DNA of 64,000 nt, from NCBI GenBank assembly GCA_012295275.1, contig CM022665.1:28148001-28212000 (forward strand), in the 5' to 3' direction. The translations under genes and the position numbers were made by a program. The stretch is from Chrysomallon squamiferum (taxonomy: Eukaryota; Animalia; Mollusca). How positions within the stretch are numbered: the first letter of the stretch is position 1; each line of letters opens with the position of its first letter. The notes under the pieces are model-generated. The model made no database searches and was not told the origin of the DNA. It was given only the letters and a program-made list of their open reading frames with translations. This document shows positions 55,156 through 64,000 of this stretch, one piece after another.

Positions 55156-56200
55156 GACATATACAAACACACACATTATTATTATTTATAAAATTAAAAC
55201 ATTTAATTTTCTTGATTATTGAGAGTATGTTTTCTTAAAGTGTTAATTATATTGTCCATTTATTTAGTGGTGTCCACAAATGCAGTAAGACAAAGATTTT
55301 TCTGTTTCAGTTGCTCTTAGTTTATGCTCACAAAATGATTTCTAACATTTAAGTTTGTGATTCCCAAAACAGTTAAGTCAGGTGTATTGTGTGCTCAACA
55401 CTGTTTTCTTTATACGATTCCCCGCTCCCCTCAAAATAAAATCAAAAAGCTCAGTTTTGAAACTAGCCAATTTTTCTTATGTGGATTTATTTTAATTTAT
55501 TTTTGACTAGTGCTCATAGTGTTATAATTTCACTTGTGTGTATATGTGTGTAAGTTTTCAGTCACTTCATTTATAATTCAGAAGTTATAGTCTAAAACCA
55601 TCTAATAAATATTGCAAATTAGTATTTAGGGAATGGAAGAGTCCAATCTGGATCTTATTATTTTTAGGAATTTACATTAAATCCATTTTCAAAAATAAAT
55701 AAGGTGCAAACAGAAATTAATTTATTACATGTAATAACAGTAATAAAGATATTTAGTTATTAGACTGGAGTGTTCTGGGTGATTTTTTGTTGTTTTGTTA
55801 TACACAGGTATCTAGGACACAGAGAAAGGGAGGTCATACAAATATACAACAATATATAAATATTTAGTGGTGTCTCTGTAAGATTTCCAAGACTTTGTAA
55901 GATGGTGTGATGTCTAAAGGTTTTTTTCTTGTCTAGATAGTTAAAAATGAAATTCATTTTGTACATAGTGTTGAATATGTAATGCTCTTGCATTGATATT
56001 CTTGCACATAAATTTTCCACTTCAGTTTTTATTATCATCATTATTTGTATTAATATTACTATTACTATTGAATTAAAATGTTAAATGAAATTTAATGTTT
56101 TGGCCGATCAGATGCCAGCTTTTGATTTTTAATTGCATATTAATTATATATTAAAAAATAAAGTAGAGAACAAAGTTAGAAATAAGTCAACAAAACTGAC

Positions 56201-56258
56201 ATTGTTTCTTGTAGTTTATATATATATATATATTTTATATATCACTACAAGAAACAAT
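56201..56258. repeat. Perfect 15-bp inverted repeat around a (TA)-rich spacer
   Basis: ATTGTTTCTTGTAGT (56201-56215) and ACTACAAGAAACAAT (56244-56258). Confidence 0.9.
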
Positions 56259-58934
56259 ATATATATATAATTAATGGACATCACATAGCAGTGTTCATTC
56301 CTAATCTAGCTTTTCAGTAATTGTATGGACCAGACAGGAAACAAGGCAATGCAAGTTATTATTATTACTTTATTTTTTAAAGTATGCACCATTGGTGTTT
56401 CTCAGGAATTGCCTTTTTAATTATCTTTTCCTGCAAGTGAATAGTTGATGGCATTTTGATGTTCATAATATTGTATATATATATATTAGTATGAAGCATT
56501 TATGATACCAAGTATTTGTTTTTCTGTCTTCTTTTTTTTTTTTCCTTCTTTCTTTTTAAGTTTCAGATTACATGATGTGATGGAAAAAGAACACTTGCCT
56601 ATATTAAATTACTTCCGGAAAGGAAGAAAAAATATTGATTGCCAGTTTTGGTCTTCCTCCACCCTTTTCTGAGTTATTGTGATATGCATTTTGTGTTCCC
56701 ATCACTTTTTTGTGGAATTAAAAAAAAAAAGATTTAAAATTTTTAACTTATTTTAAATATCTCACTTTTGGAGCAGGTTTGTGCACTGTGAATAGCTGTA
56801 GTCCCTTAAAGTGACGCATAGGTGTTGAGCACATTGAGATTTTTAAAAGAATTTATTTTCTTGTGAAAATAAAAATAAAAGGTGATTGCCAGTACTATTA
56901 CTTTTCATGTTTTTAATCTCTATCTTACTCAATATTGTAAACATTACTGTGCTGTTTAATGGTATAATTATTGCATTAACCTTTGATTTGCTTTTAGTTC
57001 TAGATTAAAAACTGATCTATTTGTAAAATATTGTCATGTTGATTTTATTATTCTGTGAGGAGTACTGGACAAAGAGGTGAAGCCAATGAAAATAATTTTA
57101 AAATCTGTGTTTTCCCTGAGACTTGTGTTATCACTTGGGACATTTAGGAAATACAGCATCTTGCACTTTGTATGCTTTCATAAAATGTTTTCAAAAAAAA
57201 GGCTTCTTAAATACTGTAAATATACTTTAAGACTGTTTCTATGAAACATATGATTATTTAGTAAATACAACATATAAAGTATCTCAGTAAAAACTAGAGC
57301 CATTTTAGACAGGTGGTACAACCAGTACTCTTACACAATTATCTGTGTTGTATATTATGTGAAAACAATGCTGGATAACTATACAGGAACAAAATCCTTA
57401 ATTGGAAAGCAGATGTAATCAAAAATTGTATATAAAATATATATATATAACAAAATCCATGTATTTGTAACATTAGATTCTTGTATGTGCAATGACTATA
57501 TCCATTTTAATCCATAGGTACAACTTCTAGCATTGTTCTTAGTGGAATATGTACAATGTATCATAGAAAATGCTAGTTGTGTAAAAAGAAATGAAACAAC
57601 AGAATCCCTCATCTGGGCTGTGTATAGCATTAGATGCATATTGAGCCAAACTGTACAGCCAATTGTATAAGCATTGCTTTGCTGGCCTCCACAACAATGA
57701 GTAATCTTGTATATTTCCAAGTATGTTTTTGTATTAATATTATGTTATGTAAACTTGTATACGTCTCTTAAAAAAAAATTAAATAAATGTGAATATTACT
57801 GTTGTGTTTCTTTTGTTTGCACATATTAATTTTCCAACATTAACTTTTGGATGCAAGAAATTTGGTAATTCTGAGGGAGTTTCAAAGAAAACCAATCAAC
57901 ATTCTTCCAACTTTACATATGGAATTCTTAATCATATTGTATGTACATTTATTTCCAAAACAGAACATCACCTACCACAGAACTGGTTGTATCCATTTTG
58001 ATGGAAATGGATCATTCTAAATTGTTGAGCTCTACTTTTAGGCAATGCATTTGAAAACAAAACAAAATTCTGCTGAAATAATCTTTTTAATAACATCTGA
58101 ATCATAAAAATCATTGTGTACATAATTGTGAAAAAGTAACATGAACTATTTAAATGAAGTTAAAAATAAACTTCATAACAGCATTTCCACACTGGTTAGC
58201 ATCTGCCTGCTAACTAGTGGAACATAATTATGTTATTTATTAAAGTGTAACTAGATGAAGACGTCTATAATTTAAATATTTTTAAATGTTCAACTTTGCT
58301 GCTCAAAGGCAATACTGGCCAACATGATGCTGAATAGTTTAATTTTCTGAATTCATACTGGAATTAGAACTATGGGAACAGATGGTCTATGTGCATTCAG
58401 TGACCAATTTCAACATGTTTGGCACAAAAATGATTTTGTAAGTTACTGTTTAGAAGACATTTCATGTGAAATAAAAAAACAAAAAAACCCACTGAATTAT
58501 TTTTAAATTAATGAAAATAAAAGCAAACTGTAAAATGCCAAAAGAATCCAAACCAAATGCAAATTTGTAAACCAAAATGGGTTTAATTAAACCATAGGAA
58601 TTGGGTTTAATGTTAAATTCACCAACACAATGTGCAACAAAGTTGAAAAACATATAATTAAAAAAATCATTGCATGATCCTTTGGATTGTTAAATATTCA
58701 ATTTGTGACTAATACATCTACAGTATATATGCTTTAGGTGTCATATAATGACAAAAAAAGCAAAAACATTTTATATCAAATACTATTTTGGTATGCTTTT
58801 ATGTTTATACTGTCAGCTGAAAGGAACAAAATGCCATCTACTTAATTTGATTAAACAGCTTTTGTTTAAAAACAAAACAAATGTATAGAATACAGATTAC
58901 AAAGGCTCTGCATTTCAAAAACTTTCAAAACATA

Positions 58935-59168
58935 ATCTGTAAACTTGAGCTCTTCTTGTAATAAGATACTATCTGTAAAACCTGAAGTTGTTGGATACAA
59001 AATGATTTTGTCTGTAAAACTTGTAGATCTTGTAAAAATGATATATCTGCAAAAGCTGTGCAAAAAAAAAGGGTAGTCTCATCTGCAAATAAATAAGACA
59101 ATTCCTGCAAAATGGTTCAATCTGTAAAATTGGAAGACTGTTTGTACAAGAATATTCTATCTGCAAAA
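58935..59168. repeat. Degenerate minisatellite, period about 35-39 bp, core ATCTGYAAA
   Basis: Cores at 58935, 58971, 59010, 59045, 59081, 59120 and 59159, with half-period variants between them. Confidence 0.65.
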
Positions 59169-59269
59169 TGCTAAAACTCTTTTGAGAAGATGAGATGGCA
59201 AATTCTTTCTCTTTGCTGACAGTATTGGAGACCTGATTACAAATATATACCCATACAAACATCCATGTT

Positions 59270-59564
59270 TTACACAGCCATTGTGAAAACTCTTCCCAGA
59301 TATGAGTGGTGATAAGAACCAAGGTACAACACACCATTCTTTTCTTCAACTTCACTCACATCTGTCTGCCATCCAGTAGGGTCATGTAAACTTTGAATTA
59401 TTTGGCCATTCTTGTTTATCTCCAAAATTAAGCCATATTTTGGTGTAAATGATCCAATCATATCTTGAGTGAACACCTGAAAAATTAAGTAAATAAATGA
59501 AATATTAAGAATGGAACTAATACTTAATAGAAATCCAAGTTTTAATATTTACTGATTCTGTTGA

Positions 59565-59602
<38 letters not shown>

Positions 59603-60686
59603 TAATAGAATTGTAGAAAAAAAAATCATTATATGTTAAAAACCAAAATAATAAAAGAAATAAAATGAAAAAGTAAAAGCTTTGTCAGTAGTTAAAAAAT
59701 AAACTTTCCAAATGGTCATTCTAGTTATCTTACTGAAATACAATCTTTACTATCAAAATATAATCTGAATACTTAAAAATAAATTCTGACATTTATTTAT
59801 AATAAGACAAAAATCTTAAAACTGCAGTTAACATAAGCAGTCATTACAGTATTGATAATTATTATTTTGGAGATGGTACAAAACCAATACCTTTGCAATG
59901 AAAGCTCTTAGTGATGGTCTTATTGCTATGTAATCAAATGCATTCCAATTTCCTTTAAATCTTTTGCCTAACAACCCAATCCAGAATGTTCCACGACTAG
60001 ATTTGCGAATATTGTCTGGCAACCCAGGCAAATTGTCTACAAACACATCAAGCTGCCCTTTCTTCTCTCCCTTTAAATAATACCTGAAATAGGTAAGAGG
60101 GATTGAAAATCAATTAAGATTAGAATAGTACAGAGCTTAATAATTAAATTTGTAATAAACCATTGTGCATAAATGTTAACAAAATTTTAAAAAGAACAGT
60201 AAGTATTTTTTTTCATTAACCTTTACTAATTAAAAAAGATGGAAGTTAAAAAAAAAAATTAAAAATCAAAAAAGAAAATCAAATTGTTTAAACATCATGG
60301 AGAACTGCCATTTCTCTTGTTTCAGAACTTCATCTCCAGTAACTAAATAATAGTGAAGATATAATACACAAGTTGTTTTTTTAACTTATAGTAATAACAG
60401 TATTCAAATAACAATTAAAAGACACAATACTTAATTATTAATACTAAGAAGGAAGCTGGATGAAAAATTAAAAAAAAAATCTATCTTTTTTTTTTTTTTA
60501 AATAAGAAATTGCAACCTCATAATTCTAGCTTTTGTCATTTCTGAAATAAGCAGAAAATCTTCCTTCAGTGACAGCTGTACACCATTAGCAAATGTCAAA
60601 CCATCAACAAGTTGTGTCATACGTTTAGTTTTTGGATCATAAGAAAGTAACCTGAAAAATGGAAAACATTTATATATATTTATTTC

Positions 60687-60729
<43 letters not shown>

Positions 60730-62228
60730 GTGATATATTGACTTACAAGTTTAATTCGTTCTGTGACCAGGCTTGCAACTCAATTTGCTCATATATCAAA
60801 TCAATTTTTTCAATTGAAATCAATTGAAATACCATTAATCTGTTCCAGTCCCCCCAAACCACCCCAATTTTTTGTAATATGTTTTTAAATAAGAAAAATG
60901 TAAGTATAAATGACAAATATTGTATAAAAACAAAGTAAAAGAGAATGTAAGACAGAGGTCCATAGCTTAGAAATTATTTTAACGGCTTTGGCCTGGAGTT
61001 ACAGCCTTTATCGACTCCTTCTGCTTCAGTATGGTATACATATTAAAAATACTATGCTCGTCCTGCACTGTAGTCACTTTGCTCATGTTTTCCTATGATT
61101 TCATTCTTTAATTCAATAGACATCATCCGCTTCTTCTTCTCAGCACTATTCTTTGCACTCATTTTCTTAGGATCCATGGAAATTTGTCAAAATACTGCAC
61201 AAAATGCAAGCACAACACAACAGAGATGCTTCCACGGCAAGGTAACTACATGAAGCAAACAAATGAGATGCAGGATGCTGGGCAGATGGTGTGTTGTTTG
61301 TTGTGCCAACTAGCAGCAGCATATCTGAAGCTCACTTGTAACACAGATTTTGGCTCGCAACTCAAAGCAAAATATCAACTGGGCGACTGCTCGTAACTTG
61401 GAAGAGGTACCACCATATATACATAATAATAAGGAGAAATAATTCTTTTTTTTTACTGTTATTTGTCTCTGTCAAATGCAACGTAGTATTCATGTACACA
61501 CATACAATGAGTATATTATTAAGACAGCATTCGATTTCTGCATCTGAATTAGTACCATCTTCTGTAAGTAATTAAGCTGATAATCAAGTTTTGAAATATG
61601 TAGAAGTTGAATTATGTGCAAATAAGAATTTTTTCTTAACCACAGTAAGTCACTGCTCCTATAATTTTTCAGCAGTTATGTCTTTAAGCATTAACTTTTA
61701 TAAATAATCAGAATAAAATGTACCTGCCTGATGATTCAGCTTCTAGTATAAGGTATTTGTTATTGCGTCGGTCCCATTTGGTGCTTGAATCACTTATGTA
61801 AATTGTGCCATCCTTTGCAATATCAAGGTCATTTAAAAATTTTGGAGTTTTTCCATTTACTGGTTCTGAAGATGAATAAAGTTGATGAACATCCCCTGAA
61901 AAAAAAAAAAAAAAAAAAAAAACAAAACCAAAGTTATCAGCACATAATAGCCATGTACCAATATATATTTTTTTTAAATTATTTTTTTAAATTCTGATAG
62001 CATTTATATAAATGTATATATATATATTAAAAAAATATATATATAAAAAAATAATAAAATAAAAACAAGATTACTTCATTACTAAGAATTTAGGTATAAA
62101 AGTAACAGAATATTTGTGCTGTTTCAGTAGCAGAAATGATTCAGCTATCACAATTCAAAATTATTTTACTTTCATAAAAAATATTTATATTTATAAACAA
62201 ATTAATTTTCAAAAAAGAATGCCAATTT

Positions 62229-62269
<41 letters not shown>

Positions 62270-63208
62270 TATATTCTGTTAATAATGCAAAATGTTTAAA
62301 ATTAAGCCATTGCATTATATTACTAATAAACAAATAAATAAACAATGTTACCTGTAGCTACATTGATCTTAAAGAGACCTAGGTAAGCATCTGCTACAAT
62401 TAAGTAACCACTGTTGTCCAGTCGCATCCCTAGAGGACGTCCACATGTTGGTTCATTGTCAAAATTACCTGGAAATAATGTGCAATAAATTAAGATAAGC
62501 TAACAGAAACATAAATTATTTAATTACTAATGTGATACTTCTAACATATTAATTATGAAAATGATTCTTTAATATGTAAAAAAACCCAACAATTAAAACA
62601 TCTTTAATGTTACTGTTATTTATGGAAATGTGTATTTTCACCAAGTGTTAGGATGCACCAACTTCCTGCTTGTGATTTAACTGTACAGTGTACTGTCAGA
62701 CTAATTTAATTATGATTTATTAGTAGTCACATAATAAAAATTCCCCACCAATATCAAAAATAAATATTTTAACATATGGCACTGAAAAAAAGACTTTAAT
62801 GTGACTGTTACCATCCAAATCATGTGCAAACTATTCAAATTAATATCAATGTTGGTTTTGAACAGATCAAGCTGTGTAATAAATTTTAAAGTTCTTATTT
62901 CTTCTAAAACATTTTAAATTAAAAAGAAACAAATATCAAAAAAACAAAACAAAAAAACCCAGTTAAGCCCTCCTTATATATATATCATTTGATTTCTGGA
63001 TATCTGTACAAATTTAATCATAAAGTAAAGTGTTACTTCAAATTTTATTTATTTTATTTGTTGCTACATAAATACTATTAAAATCTATCTATAAAAGTTA
63101 AGATTTTCTACACACCACATGGTTCTTGACCCAGTCTGGCCAAAACTCTAGCACTGCCTTTGTAAATATCTAAAATCTTTCCATCCGAAGTTCCTGTGTA
63201 GATATGAT
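59270..63208 (-). CDS. APMAP: Adipocyte plasma membrane-associated protein (strictosidine synthase-like beta-propeller), 3' part; 5' exons beyond right edge
   Basis: Exons 63208-63116, 62468-62352, 61895-61724, 60651-60517, 60083-59891, 59476-59270. Motifs IYTGTSDGKI, EPTCGRPLGMR, VADAYLGLFK, FLNDLDI..DGTIYISDSS, GRLLSYDP, FANGVQLS, NLPGLPDNIR, QSLHDPTG, LYLGS. Confidence 0.95.
60728..61415 (-). mobile_element. Internally deleted Tigger/pogo transposon with N-terminal transposase relic, in an APMAP intron
   Basis: Minus-strand ATG at 61177 gives MDPKKMSAKNSAEKKKRMMSIELKNEIIGKHEQ; after a deletion, YTILKQKESIKAVTP/AKAVKIISKL (about 61040-60965). This is a CENP-B/psq-type HTH start of TIGD1-like transposases. 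Ends CAGTGATATATTGACTTAC.. and ..GAGGTACCACCA|TA resemble CAGTGGTACC TIRs with a TA target. Confidence 0.85.
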
Positions 63209-63237
63209 CTGAAAGTGAATAAATAAATATTAAAAAG

Positions 63238-63276
<39 letters not shown>

Positions 63277-64000
63277 TTAAAAATAAAAATATTAAACTTG
63301 CTATTTGTGAGTTCTGAATCAAATATTTTAAACAACATTTGTCAGATTTGTTGTGGCTTAATTGAAAACAACATGTTGAAACTGTTGTCAGCTTTAGGAT
63401 AATAATTTTTACTTAATCTTAGCATATTATTCTGCTACGGTCTATTTGTGATAAACACATCTACAGGGACCAGTTCATCTTCATAAACTCCTGAATATGT
63501 GTTAATTTCATCTAATAATTACAAAATTACTGTTTCTTTTCTCAAATGTATTTTAAATAAACAATTACTTGTCTAATTAAATATGCAATGCACTGTATAG
63601 ATGAACTTTTTTGTAGTATCAGAATTAACTTAATGACAAAAGTAGTATTTTACTTTGATGTAAAAAAATGTAATCAATAAACGTATAAGAAGAAATTTGA
63701 ATATAACAATCACATGAAATGCCATACAGGAAAATACAGTATTTCTTTTTTGAACTAGTTAATCAATATACTGAACTCAAATTTTGTGTCATCTTTTTAA
63801 CATTATGTTTTGTCTTTATAATTACTATTTAATTCAAATCTCTATTTAATATTACAATTTTTTGTTTGTTTGTTAGTATCTGGGAATTCTCTTTTCACAA
63901 TATATAACAGTAATGAAACAACTTTACAGCAGAAGCCAATAATTAATCATTTCTATATCGTAACAGTTAAATAAATAAATAATAATGAATGAATGAATGT

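Noticed and set aside
58969-59355. 128-aa ORF overlapping the APMAP stop
   Set aside because: Alternate frame with a non-ATG start, kept open across a repeat; no homology recognised.

Overview
Very AT-rich, intron-rich animal genomic DNA, most likely a gastropod mollusc (inferred from protein and repeat resemblance, not proven). I reconstructed five spliced genes by hand from splice sites and reading frames. (1) The 5' half of Dicer-1 on the minus strand, running off the left edge. (2) FIBP on the plus strand, 10 exons, head-to-head with Dicer. (3) FBXO48 on the minus strand, 2 coding exons, tail-to-tail with FIBP. (4) A complete MRCK/CDC42BP kinase on the plus strand, about 42 exons over 29.5 kb. 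(5) The 3' part of APMAP on the minus strand, running off the right edge. Non-coding DNA holds a hAT-type MITE pair with 8-bp TSDs, a TTAA-flanked Kolobok-like element, a deleted Tigger/pogo element, LINE and SINE relics, and tandem repeats. The main signals are: a duplicated in-frame CRIB (Cdc42-binding) cassette exon in MRCK flanked by a GCATG cluster; a GC-AG donor feeding three possible MRCK C-termini; a serially duplicated splice acceptor; substitutions in three ATPase motifs of the Dicer helicase; and a frame-switching tandem acceptor (or assembly indel) in Dicer. No prokaryotic features or CRISPR arrays were seen. Homology calls are from memory of the families; no searches were run.
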